NCBI GenBank assembly: GCA_000175855.1
Contig: ACYB01000035.1
Span: forward strand, 390,001-422,000
DNA from: Raphidiopsis brookii D9
GTDB taxonomy: Bacteria > Cyanobacteriota > Cyanobacteriia > Cyanobacteriales > Nostocaceae
Direction of reading: 5' to 3'
DNA: 32,000 nucleotides
Positions 10,152 through 20,631 of the stretch are shown here, one piece after another. Within the stretch, counting starts at the first letter, position 1; every line of letters begins with the position of its first letter. The notes under the pieces were generated by a model. That model saw only the letters and a list, made by a program, of their open reading frames with translations. It was not told the origin of the DNA and made no database searches. Position numbers and translations under genes: made by a program.

Positions 10152-10928
10152 TTAGTAGGGGAAGATCACCCTACCACCGGGTCTCACATCAGCATGAAAA
10201 AACCCCTTGTTTTTCCCCATAAACACCGCATCTCCCAACCCGGAAAAATTGGAGGACTTTAGGATCTCCCAGAGTTTCTTGAAGTCTCCATTCATGGGAA
10301 TCATATCTATGGCACGAAAGTAAAGATGCTGACTATTACGCGCACCACCTACGGAACTATTAACTGCAGGTGGGCGATACCCGGATGTAATTCTGATGGG
10401 TGAACCAAATTTCTCCCTCACTGGTCCCCAGGTTCTTGCCACTCGGATGGCATTGGCTACATATTCCGCACTAGTAGGAACACGAGTACAGTCTTTGGTT
10501 GCTTCTCCCCAGGTTAAGGGTACACCCTCAACTATATACTGGTTAGCATAAACTATTTTACCATCGGGTAAGGTCATGCTAGCACCAGTAGGAGAACCTG
10601 CATTTGGATTAACTTTTAGGTCTAATTTAATCAGGTCTTCTCTGGCCGCTTCTGTTTCTTCCTTATCTTTTAATTCTAGTAGTTCTTGGGCAGTACCTAC
10701 GCCTAACCCTAAGGGGTATTGTAATTGATTTAATGTTTTAAACTCGGAGAATACTTGTTTAGTCACTGGTCCAACTAGACCATCTGCCTCTATTTTTAGT
10801 AGTGATTGGATTTCTTTCACTAAGTCTGGATGGGCATCCATAATAAATATGGCTGGAGCTTTCAGTATGACAAACTCACTTAGAGACCTAATCTCTTTCG
10901 GATTTATTGCAGGAGGGTTATCTGGCAT
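10152..10928 (-). CDS. Peptidase M15A-family metallopeptidase with an N-terminal peptidoglycan-binding-like domain
   Basis: 258 aa. SGYRPPAVNSSVGGARNSQHLYFRAIDM ... FFHADVR matches the H-x6-D...H zinc motif of M15A. The N-terminal LKIEADGLVGPVTKQVF resembles PG_binding_1. Confidence 0.7.
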   Translation of the reverse strand: MPDNPPAINPKEIRSLSEFVILKAPAIFIMDAHPDLVKEIQSLLKIEADGLVGPVTKQVFSEFKTLNQLQYPLGLGVGTAQELLELKDKEETEAAREDLIKLDLKVNPNAGSPTGASMTLPDGKIVYANQYIVEGVPLTWGEATKDCTRVPTSAEYVANAIRVARTWGPVREKFGSPIRITSGYRPPAVNSSVGGARNSQHLYFRAIDMIPMNGDFKKLWEILKSSNFSGLGDAVFMGKNKGFFHADVRPGGRVIFPY

Positions 10929-11021
10929 AATTGCACCTTAATAACTATAAAAATCGGCAACCTGATAAAAATATATCCTAAAAATGTACACAATCGCCAA
11001 CTAAGTGTATCCGTAGTGTTT

Positions 11022-11744
11022 TCAAGTAATGCTTTGAGTTTGAGTAATTGCTAAATAGGCCACCTTAGCTGCTTCTTGTTCAGCTGCTTTGATTGATCTT
11101 CCTTTCCCCTGTCCGAGAATTTTCTCATGTAACCAAACTTGAGCCAAAAAACGTTCATGGGCATTCTGGGATTGATTAACTTCCACGACCCGATATTCCG
11201 GTAACACCTTATATCCCGCTTGGGTCCATTCTTGTAGAGCAGCTTTATAATTTAGCCTGGCTGGATCTAAACGAATTTGCTCTGCTAGTTCCTGAAAATG
11301 AGGATCCAACCAAGGACGAATTAGAATTAAATTCTGGGTACTAAGATAAAGAGCACCTAATAACGCTTCAAATGCGTCTGCTAAACGAGACTCTTGCCCA
11401 ACATTATCCGCTGTGGCACTACCTGCCACCAACAAGTATAATTCTAAATCATACTCCCTGGCCAATCTAGCAAGAATGCGATCGCTGACTAGAACGGAAC
11501 GGATAGCAGCAAAGTCACCCACACAGCAATCAGGATAGCTTTCCCACAGGACAACAGCTGCTACTAAACGAACAACAGCATCACCAACGAATTCTAGCTG
11601 TTCATAATTTGCCGATTCAGAAACAGTAGGATGAGTAAGTGCCAAGTCCAGCAGTGGCCACTTAATAGGACTATTTGCTGATAATCCCAACTTTTGGATT
11701 AAACTTTCAAGTTGCCGTTGACGGCGAGGGTAAACGCGGGACAT
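11022..11744 (-). CDS. rnc: Ribonuclease III
   Basis: RNase III signature EQLEFVGDAV and a C-terminal dsRBD (GKGRSIKAAEQEAAKVA). I moved the start to the ATG at 11744 (MSRVYPRRQRQ...). The 7-codon track extension MYFYFLL looks spurious. Confidence 0.9.
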   Translation of the reverse strand: MSRVYPRRQRQLESLIQKLGLSANSPIKWPLLDLALTHPTVSESANYEQLEFVGDAVVRLVAAVVLWESYPDCCVGDFAAIRSVLVSDRILARLAREYDLELYLLVAGSATADNVGQESRLADAFEALLGALYLSTQNLILIRPWLDPHFQELAEQIRLDPARLNYKAALQEWTQAGYKVLPEYRVVEVNQSQNAHERFLAQVWLHEKILGQGKGRSIKAAEQEAAKVAYLAITQTQSIT

Positions 11745-11773
11745 TAGTAAAAAATAGAAGTACAAGTTTTAAA

Positions 11774-12155
11774 GAAGAGAGAGCAGCACATAAGCCGGGT
11801 TCTGTTCTCTTGCGAGGGTAGTTATCTATCTGGGATAGTTGTTACCAACTACCTCAAGCGGCTCTAATTTGCCGAAACTGGTAAAAGACCAACCATAGTT
11901 TCTCTGGCCTTGCTCCCAACCGGGGTTTACCGAGCCAGTACCTCTCGATACTGCTGGTGCGCTCTTACCACACCTTTGCACCCTTACCAACCCTAGAATT
12001 AGTATTCTGAAAAGCTGGCGGTATTTTTCTGTGGCACTTTCCTCACGATCGCTCGTACTGGACGTTATCCAGCAAGTTTGGTCTTTCGGGAGCCCGGACT
12101 TTCCTCAAACCAGTGTTAATCACCAATCTGCAACCACCTACGTCTACTCTCTCTC
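11774..12155 (-). ncRNA. rnpB: RNase P RNA, bacterial type A
   Basis: The reverse strand carries both universally conserved P4 strands: GAGGAAAGTCCGGGCTCCC (12106-12088) and ACAGAACCCGGCTTA (11805-11791). It also carries GGTAAGGGTGCAAAGGTGTGGTAAGAGCGCACC. The 5' GAGAGAGAGTAG can pair with the 3' CTGCTCTCTCTTC to form P1. The ends are approximate, within about 5 nt. Confidence 0.9.
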
Positions 12156-12160
12156 CTACC

Positions 12161-12190
12161 AGTTTAACCTTTTATCGTCTTTTATTCCAA
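12161..12190 (-). promoter_or_regulatory. Candidate sigma70-type promoter for rnpB
   Basis: Reverse strand reads TTGGAA (12190-12185), an 18-nt spacer, then TAAACT (12166-12161), about 5 nt before the predicted rnpB 5' end. The -35 box lies inside the upstream CDS. Confidence 0.3.
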
Positions 12191-12888
12191 GGTAGAGCAT
12201 GAGTCCAGGGCAGTTTTTCAATGGTAAAAGGACAGCTTATTATAGACATAGGTGGTATATTTGTACCGGAAGCTAAACCAGTACGCAACTCTGATATTCT
12301 TAATACCAACTGCAGGGAGAATTCTATTTTCTTTTTCCCTTCCATAAACTCCTTGTACCAACCTTGAAGATTTCTCTGTCCCTTGGTTACTGCTATATCA
12401 ACTAATGGTTTGCTAACTTCATATACTCCGCTTTCCCTATTTCGTTTTAAAATATCCTCAGCAGTTACCGTTTCAAACATAGTTTTTTTAGGCGCGATAA
12501 TTGTGGGAACCTGGGGAATGGCTAGGTCTCGGATCATATCTGGAGATTGGCGAATAACACGACGAGATTTTCTACTCTGTTCAAATACCCAGGAACTATT
12601 ATCCCAGTCCACATATACAGCAAAAGTTTCTGACTTGTTTTCAATGCTGATGGGCAATTGTCTTAAATTATCTTTAACTTTTTCTAGGGAATAGGTTCCC
12701 CCTCCACAGGAAATCCCTATTTCGTTGTCTAAGTTTTGTTCCTTTAATTGTTGGGCGACAGATTCTTTCTCAAATTTGAGCATGATCACATCATCAATTG
12801 ATGTGATCATCCGGTTGAAGGTGTAATATAGGCATAGAATATAAACCATCAACAAAATCAGATTTTGATCACCACTTTGCAATCCCAT
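12172..12888 (-). CDS. Hypothetical membrane-anchored protein (238 aa from the first ATG)
   Basis: The track ORF starts at a TTG (12939) that overlaps the corA stop. The first ATG is at 12888 (MGLQSGDQNLILLMVYILCLYYTF...), preceded by GAGGA. It has one N-terminal hydrophobic helix and no family I recognise. Confidence 0.5.
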   Translation of the reverse strand: MGLQSGDQNLILLMVYILCLYYTFNRMITSIDDVIMLKFEKESVAQQLKEQNLDNEIGISCGGGTYSLEKVKDNLRQLPISIENKSETFAVYVDWDNSSWVFEQSRKSRRVIRQSPDMIRDLAIPQVPTIIAPKKTMFETVTAEDILKRNRESGVYEVSKPLVDIAVTKGQRNLQGWYKEFMEGKKKIEFSLQLVLRISELRTGLASGTNIPPMSIISCPFTIEKLPWTHALPWNKRR

Positions 12889-12919
12889 AGAATTATTTAT
12901 CCTCACCAATAAATCAGAC

Positions 12920-14092
12920 TTATTTTTGATTAACTTCAAATGAATTAGTTAACCAACCTCGACGCCAAAAAAACAACATTAAACTCCCAGCAATCACTGC
13001 CATTAATCCCAGACAAAAGGGATACCCCCAATACCAGTTTAGTTCTGGCATATTATAGGGTGATTTTTCGGTACTAAAATTCATGCCATATACTCCTACA
13101 ACAAATGTCAAGGGGATGAAAATAGATGAAATTACCGTTAGTAGCTTCATAATTTCATTCATTTTGTTACTTACCGCCGACATATAAACATCCATTAAGC
13201 CAGAAACCAATTCTCGGTAATTTTCTACCATATCCAAGACCTGGACTGCGTGATCATAACAATCTCTTAGGTAAATACTTACCTCTTGGCTAATCAAGTG
13301 GCTACCATCACGAATCAGGGAACTAATCGCATCCCTTTGAGGCCAAATTCCTCTTCTTAGGTGTAATAACTCTCGTTTAACTTGATATATTTGCTTTAAA
13401 GTTTCCGATGTAGGATTAGTAATTACTTCTTCCTCCAGCTGGGCAATACGCTCCCCATACAATTCCAATACTGGAAAAAAACCGTCAATAATGGCATCTA
13501 ATAGGGAGTAAGCCAAATAATCACTTTTCTCTCTACGGATAATACCTTTATTCTTATTAATTCTTGCCCTGACATTATCAAAACAATCATGCTCTGATTC
13601 TTCTTGAATGGTTAAAACATAATGGGTTCCTAAGACTAAGCTAACCTGTTCACTATAAAAACTGCGATTATTGGTATTTGGCACAACCATTCGGGCAATT
13701 ATCACCAGTTGTTCTTCATAATCTTCAATCTTGGGGCGTTCTGCCATATTGACCACGTCTTCCAAAATCAACGGGTGTAAATCAAAGGTTTGTCCCAAGC
13801 GATGGATTACATCCAGATTTCCTAAACCTTGGACATCCACCCAAGAAACGGATTGTGTCCGTAGGTAATCACTACATTCTTCTGGATTGATGATTCGCTT
13901 TTCGACTAAATCAGTTGGGTTGTAATCCATTAAAACAATTTGTGGTTGTTGGGCATCCTCATGAATGATAATTGTCCCTGGAATAGTGCCTGGTTGATGA
14001 TAATATTCCTGAGTAAAGGATTTACCAGCTTTTGCACTATCTATAACTCGATTACTCCTGTTATTCCCAGAGCGAGCGTGTTTCTTATTCAT
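12920..14092 (-). CDS. corA: CorA-family magnesium/cobalt transporter
   Basis: 390 aa. It has two C-terminal TM helices with the YGMNF (GMN) signature between them. Confidence 0.9.
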   Translation of the reverse strand: MNKKHARSGNNRSNRVIDSAKAGKSFTQEYYHQPGTIPGTIIIHEDAQQPQIVLMDYNPTDLVEKRIINPEECSDYLRTQSVSWVDVQGLGNLDVIHRLGQTFDLHPLILEDVVNMAERPKIEDYEEQLVIIARMVVPNTNNRSFYSEQVSLVLGTHYVLTIQEESEHDCFDNVRARINKNKGIIRREKSDYLAYSLLDAIIDGFFPVLELYGERIAQLEEEVITNPTSETLKQIYQVKRELLHLRRGIWPQRDAISSLIRDGSHLISQEVSIYLRDCYDHAVQVLDMVENYRELVSGLMDVYMSAVSNKMNEIMKLLTVISSIFIPLTFVVGVYGMNFSTEKSPYNMPELNWYWGYPFCLGLMAVIAGSLMLFFWRRGWLTNSFEVNQK

Positions 14093-14124
14093 CGGAATTT
14101 CACCTAATTTTTAGTGACACGTGG

Positions 14125-14164
14125 TGAAAAAATAAAAAAGTTTGTCTTATAAAAAAGACAAACT
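14125..14164 (-). terminator. Rho-independent terminator of groEL
   Basis: Reverse strand reads AGTTTGTCTT-TTTTAT-AAGACAAACT (10-bp stem, 14164-14139), followed by TTTTTATTTTTT. It starts 30 nt after the groEL stop. Confidence 0.75.
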
Positions 14165-14193
14165 ATAAAAAATTTTACCTTAAAAGGCGGCAA

Positions 14194-15951
<1,758 letters not shown>

Positions 15952-15982
15952 TCAATTTAACAAATAGTCAACAAAAATGGCT

Positions 15983-16071
15983 GTAGATGTCGGAGGCAAG
16001 CCAGAACGCCTACCTGGCAACCACTCTGTATAGATCAAGTTTTTTCTAGAGGTTTTGGCTAAAGCTATACT
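15983..16071 (+). repeat. Copy A of a ~90-nt conserved intergenic element with an embedded -10 box
   Basis: Block order is GTAGAT (15983-15988), CCAGAACGCCTACC (16001-16014), GGCTAAAGCTATACT (16057-16071, including TATACT). The same block order occurs at 27074-27157. The element ends 56 nt upstream of the glycosyltransferase start. Confidence 0.55.
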
Positions 16072-16126
16072 ATTACAGTTGCTAGTTGGTACTGGTCTGG
16101 CAAACTAATGTTTATGGTTATGGATA

Positions 16127-17209
16127 ATGAATATAGACAACTCCCTTAAGGCTCTTGGTATTGCTAACCCTAGCGGTACAGGCTGGTTAGCAGTGGTATT
16201 TACTTTTATTTTGGCTTGGCTCATCACTTGGAGTTCAATTCCCACTGTTCGTCAATTTGCCCTCCGGGTGGGTTGGGCTGACCAACCCAATGCCCGACGA
16301 CTCAATCGCGAACCTTTACCCAATGCGGGAGGACTGGCTATCTATGCCGGCGTAATTGCTGCTGTGGTCTTTGCCAGTCTTTTCCGACCGATCGAACTCC
16401 AGGGGGTTTTAGCCCAGGTCCTCACAATTCTTTTGGGTGGATCTATTCTTGTTTTGGTTGGGTTTATAGACGACCAGTTTGGTCTGCCTCCATTTATTCG
16501 GTTATGGACACAAATTATTACTGCCTTGTTATTGGTGGCTAATGGTATGAGTATCAAGGTCATGTTTGGTACTCCTATTGATTCCTTTCTGTCTATAGCT
16601 CTCACTGTTTTATGGATTGTTGGCATTACCAATGCCGTTAATCTTATGGACGGTATGGATGGTTTAGCTGGTGGTATTAGTTTTATTACTGCCATGAGTT
16701 TGTTGGGAGTTTCTGCCCAGTTTGATAATCGGGCCGCAGCAACTCTGGTATTGGCTGCACTTTCGGGGGCAGCTCTTGGCTTTTTACGCCACAACTTTTA
16801 CCCCTCCCGGATTATTATGGGTGATGCTGGAGCCTATTTCTTTGGTTATGTGCTGGCTGCTACGAGCATATTGGGTAAATTACAGGAAAGTACCATTTAT
16901 TCTCTTATACCAACGGTTTTGTTTTTGATGTTGCCAGTTTTAGATACTACTCAGGTTTTTATTAAACGCCTCTTAGCAGGAAAAAACCCTCTCAGCACTC
17001 CCGGTAAGGATCATTTACATCATCGTCTATTGGCTTGGGGTTTTTCTCAACGACGCGCCGGCTTGATATTATGGTCATTAACCTTGTTCTTTAATGTTTT
17101 GGCTATGTCTATACAAGACATGGCTTTACCTGTAATTTTTGCTTCCGCATCTGCTGTTATTTTACTTATGTCTGCCACCTTACTACCACGGATTCATAGT
17201 AACTCTTAG
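16127..17209 (+). CDS. Glycosyltransferase family 4 (MraY/WecA-type polyprenyl-phosphate sugar-1-phosphate transferase)
   Basis: 360 aa and polytopic. The NAVNLMDGMDGLAGG and HHRLL blocks are typical of the MraY/WecA family. Confidence 0.85.
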   Translation: MNIDNSLKALGIANPSGTGWLAVVFTFILAWLITWSSIPTVRQFALRVGWADQPNARRLNREPLPNAGGLAIYAGVIAAVVFASLFRPIELQGVLAQVLTILLGGSILVLVGFIDDQFGLPPFIRLWTQIITALLLVANGMSIKVMFGTPIDSFLSIALTVLWIVGITNAVNLMDGMDGLAGGISFITAMSLLGVSAQFDNRAAATLVLAALSGAALGFLRHNFYPSRIIMGDAGAYFFGYVLAATSILGKLQESTIYSLIPTVLFLMLPVLDTTQVFIKRLLAGKNPLSTPGKDHLHHRLLAWGFSQRRAGLILWSLTLFFNVLAMSIQDMALPVIFASASAVILLMSATLLPRIHSNS

Positions 17210-17240
17210 TTGGTTATTTATGGATAATTCTACTCAATTT

Positions 17241-17262
17241 GGGCTTGCCATGACGCAGGCCC
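17241..17262. terminator. Possible bidirectional terminator hairpin between convergent genes
   Basis: GGGCTTGC-CATGAC-GCAGGCCC, with 7 of 8 bp pairing. Confidence 0.35.
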
Positions 17263-17274
17263 TATCCCCGAATT

Positions 17275-18057
<783 letters not shown>

Positions 18058-18091
18058 TTAAGTAGGGGTTCTGTCCACAGCTATAATAATA

Positions 18092-18271
18092 TTAACCAAG
18101 TTCAGCAACCTTTTTGGCTAGCCTTGTTTGCCTTTGATGTTGCCCAGGAACTTTTTCTGTGCGAGACAAGCTCCCGGTGCTTCGTTTAGCCAGTGCTAAC
18201 AACAAATAGACAATTAACAGGTATCCGGAAGCTAAAATAAATATCATCATAGGCACGTTCTCATAATTCAT
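18092..18271 (-). CDS. Candidate small membrane protein (59 aa), below the ORF-track cutoff
   Basis: My translation: MNYENVPMMIFILASGYLLIVYLLLALAKRSTGSLSRTEKVPGQHQRQTRLAKKVAELG*. It has one TM helix followed by a basic tail. It lies 76 nt upstream of fabG on the same strand. There is no homology evidence. Confidence 0.3.
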   Translation of the reverse strand: MNYENVPMMIFILASGYLLIVYLLLALAKRSTGSLSRTEKVPGQHQRQTRLAKKVAELG

Positions 18272-18980
18272 TTTTAAACCATTCCAATCCCCGAAAAAAC
18301 ATCAAGCTATAACCTCTGCTCCTCTACTAGCAATCAAATATTTTCTTGGTTATTTGGTAGCAAAAAACATCCCAGTCTTAGTTAATTTTACTTGAGGCAT
18401 ATCTCACCTTAACTTTTAGTAAAGACTATAATAGCAACTACCACTAGCTAAGGAACCTAGTAGCCCTTTTAAGCCGAAACCATGCTATCTAAGTGGGAAA
18501 AGTACCTTCCCACGTCAAAATAGTCGGAATAAACTTCCTGATTTCGCGGACAACAAATTATTTTCTACTCACATGCACCATGAGCAAAATTACCTACTGA
18601 CGAGGAATTTTCGCTCGGGAGTGAATATCTCAAAAATTTAAAATTTCTAAGTTTTAGTCTAACATGAGGAAATAAAATTTGTGCAAAATTTTGAGTTTAT
18701 TTTTTGGTTATGGATATAGCCACCTGCAGGTGAGTGAAGACGATTGTATATAAATAAACAAGTTTACAAATTAACAATAAATTTTAAATATAGTTAAGCA
18801 GGTTTTACTTTATCACATTCTATTTTTAAAGAGGATAAATGGTAAACTAGGATACAAAAACCTCGAAAAGTAACAATTGTGGTCAACTATTAAGGGATAA
18901 CTTTGCGGCCTTGATGGTTTATCTTAAAATGAGTAAAGAATATGTAAACTTTCGTAACTAAAGTCAGAGTCCGCCCATCC

Positions 18981-19952
18981 ATGACCCCAGCCACCTTCCT
19001 GTTTACCCCTGTGGAAGCAGACCTGCGAATACTAGCAGATAACCTGACACAGCTAGTTGGAAATCGCCACCCCATTCTCTATGCAGCAGCTGAACATTTA
19101 TTCGGTGCTGGGGGTAAGCGTATCAGACCAGCCATTGTTTTATTAATATCCCGGGCTACAACGCTAGAAGAAGACATCTCCCTAGGTCACAGAAGATTAG
19201 CCGAAATTACAGAGATGATTCATACAGCTAGTTTAGTTCATGATGACGTAGTGGATGAATCAGATATACGTAGAGGAGTGCCTACGGTTCATAGTTTGTT
19301 TGGCAATCGCATTGCAGTGTTAGCTGGAGATTTTCTATTTGCCCAATCTTCCTGGTACTTGGCCAATCTAGATAACCTAGAGGTAGTGAAACTGCTTTCA
19401 GAAGTAATCATGGATTTAGCAGCTGGAGAGATTCAGCAAGGGTTAAATCGTTTTGATACTAGTCTGTCAACAGAAACTTACCTAAAAAAGAGTTATTACA
19501 AAACGGCTTCATTGATTGCCAACAGTGCTAAGTCCGCTGGAATTTTGAGTAACGTATCTCCACAAAGTGCTAACAACCTATATAACTACGGCAAGGATCT
19601 AGGTTTAGCCTTTCAAATAGTAGATGATATTTTAGATTTCACTGGTTCTATGGATACTTTGGGTAAACCAGCTGCATCGGATCTCAAAAGTGGTAATCTA
19701 ACTGCACCGGTTTTATTTGCCCTGGAGGAGCAACCATGTCTGGAAGTACTAATTGAAAGAGAGTTTGCTCAAGAGGGGGATTTAGAACAAGCTGTGAAGT
19801 TGATTTCTGATAGTCAAGGGATACCCAGAGCTAGAGAACTGGCGGCCCACCACGCCAAGCTAGCGAGGCAACACATTGCCGACCTGGAAGCATCTGAATC
19901 AAAGCAAGCATTAATTAACATGACAGATTACGTACTAAGTCGTCTATACTAA
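18981..19952 (+). CDS. sds: All-trans polyprenyl (solanesyl) diphosphate synthase
   Basis: 323 aa. It has both aspartate-rich motifs (LVHDDVVDE and QIVDDILD). Its length and sequence are typical of cyanobacterial plastoquinone side-chain synthases. Confidence 0.88.
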   Translation: MTPATFLFTPVEADLRILADNLTQLVGNRHPILYAAAEHLFGAGGKRIRPAIVLLISRATTLEEDISLGHRRLAEITEMIHTASLVHDDVVDESDIRRGVPTVHSLFGNRIAVLAGDFLFAQSSWYLANLDNLEVVKLLSEVIMDLAAGEIQQGLNRFDTSLSTETYLKKSYYKTASLIANSAKSAGILSNVSPQSANNLYNYGKDLGLAFQIVDDILDFTGSMDTLGKPAASDLKSGNLTAPVLFALEEQPCLEVLIEREFAQEGDLEQAVKLISDSQGIPRARELAAHHAKLARQHIADLEASESKQALINMTDYVLSRLY

Positions 19953-19971
19953 GCAATTTTGAATTTTAGCT

Positions 19972-20030
19972 GAGAGACTGGGATTCCCCGTTCTGCCACA
20001 TGTGCGAGCTAGAACGCCTACCCAGCTCTC
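19972..20030. terminator. Long imperfect hairpin between convergent genes; contains copy B of the AGAACGCCTACC core
   Basis: Outer arms are GAGAGACTGGG (19972-19982) and CCCAGCTCTC (20021-20030). Inner arms are CGTTCT (19989-19994) and AGAACG (20011-20016). AATTTTATT follows. Confidence 0.45.
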
Positions 20031-20044
20031 AATTTTATTATTGC

Positions 20045-20524
20045 TCAGGCTATGTTTGGTGGGGGAACTTGCCCAGTGGGTAAGTGTCGTTGTAGGGTCT
20101 GTTGAATCATATTTTCTAGATCTGCACGCCTTACTTCAACAGCGTTGTTGTTAGTTCCAGGGGTTTCCATAAAAACTATGCTATCCACTGGTGTTATTGC
20201 CAACAGTTGAAATAAAATATCAATTATGGGTATGGGTTTAGCCACTAAATGGGGATTAATTCCTGCATGTGAGGAGCGAATGGCATCATTTAGTTTAGGA
20301 AAGGCATAAATTACCTGCTTTTCTAATTCTGGATTGGATCTGTTGCACAATGTAGTTGAAACCCAAGATCCCTCAGAATTTTGAAGGATGTAGTATCGGG
20401 GGTGTCTAAGATTTCCCGCAGCTACCCTCAAGACTGGCGCGATGGTTGCCACAAGTTTTGGTGTCATGCCATCTTTCGGCGCATTCTTAATCAATAATTG
20501 AATTTGTTTTTCTAAATTTGTCAT
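20045..20524 (-). CDS. Conserved-looking hypothetical protein (159 aa)
   Basis: Intact ORF divergent from the hetZ-like gene. No motif that I recognise. Confidence 0.5.
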   Translation of the reverse strand: MTNLEKQIQLLIKNAPKDGMTPKLVATIAPVLRVAAGNLRHPRYYILQNSEGSWVSTTLCNRSNPELEKQVIYAFPKLNDAIRSSHAGINPHLVAKPIPIIDILFQLLAITPVDSIVFMETPGTNNNAVEVRRADLENMIQQTLQRHLPTGQVPPPNIA

Positions 20525-20631
20525 AACTTGTTCAATATTGCTAACACTATATCTAAAATGATAGCGGAGGGAGCGGGAAAAATAACAGAGGATGAGTGAT
20601 TACTTAAAGCTATATTTTTAAACTTGGGAGT

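Noticed and set aside
12920-14092. CorA considered as a type III CRISPR-associated CorA effector
   Set aside because: No cas genes, CRISPR repeats or NrN/CARF-type genes are in the window. The protein has normal CorA length and a GMN motif, consistent with a housekeeping Mg2+ channel.
16113-16123. The 11-mer GGTTATGGATA, repeated at 16113 and 18706 with a variant at 17213
   Set aside because: Repeated 11-mers are expected in large numbers by chance in AT-rich DNA, and there is no extended similarity around them.
18721-18732. A perfect 12-bp palindrome, CACCTGCAGGTG
   Set aside because: About eight perfect 12-bp palindromes are expected by chance in 32 kb, and there is no second copy or associated gene context.
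20396-20418. CGGGGGTGTCTAAGATTTCCCGC considered as a HetR-binding-like site upstream of the hetZ-like gene
   Set aside because: It shares only G-run/TCTAA/C-run features. The two halves are not reverse complements, and it lies inside the divergent CDS. It is too weak to call without the published matrix.
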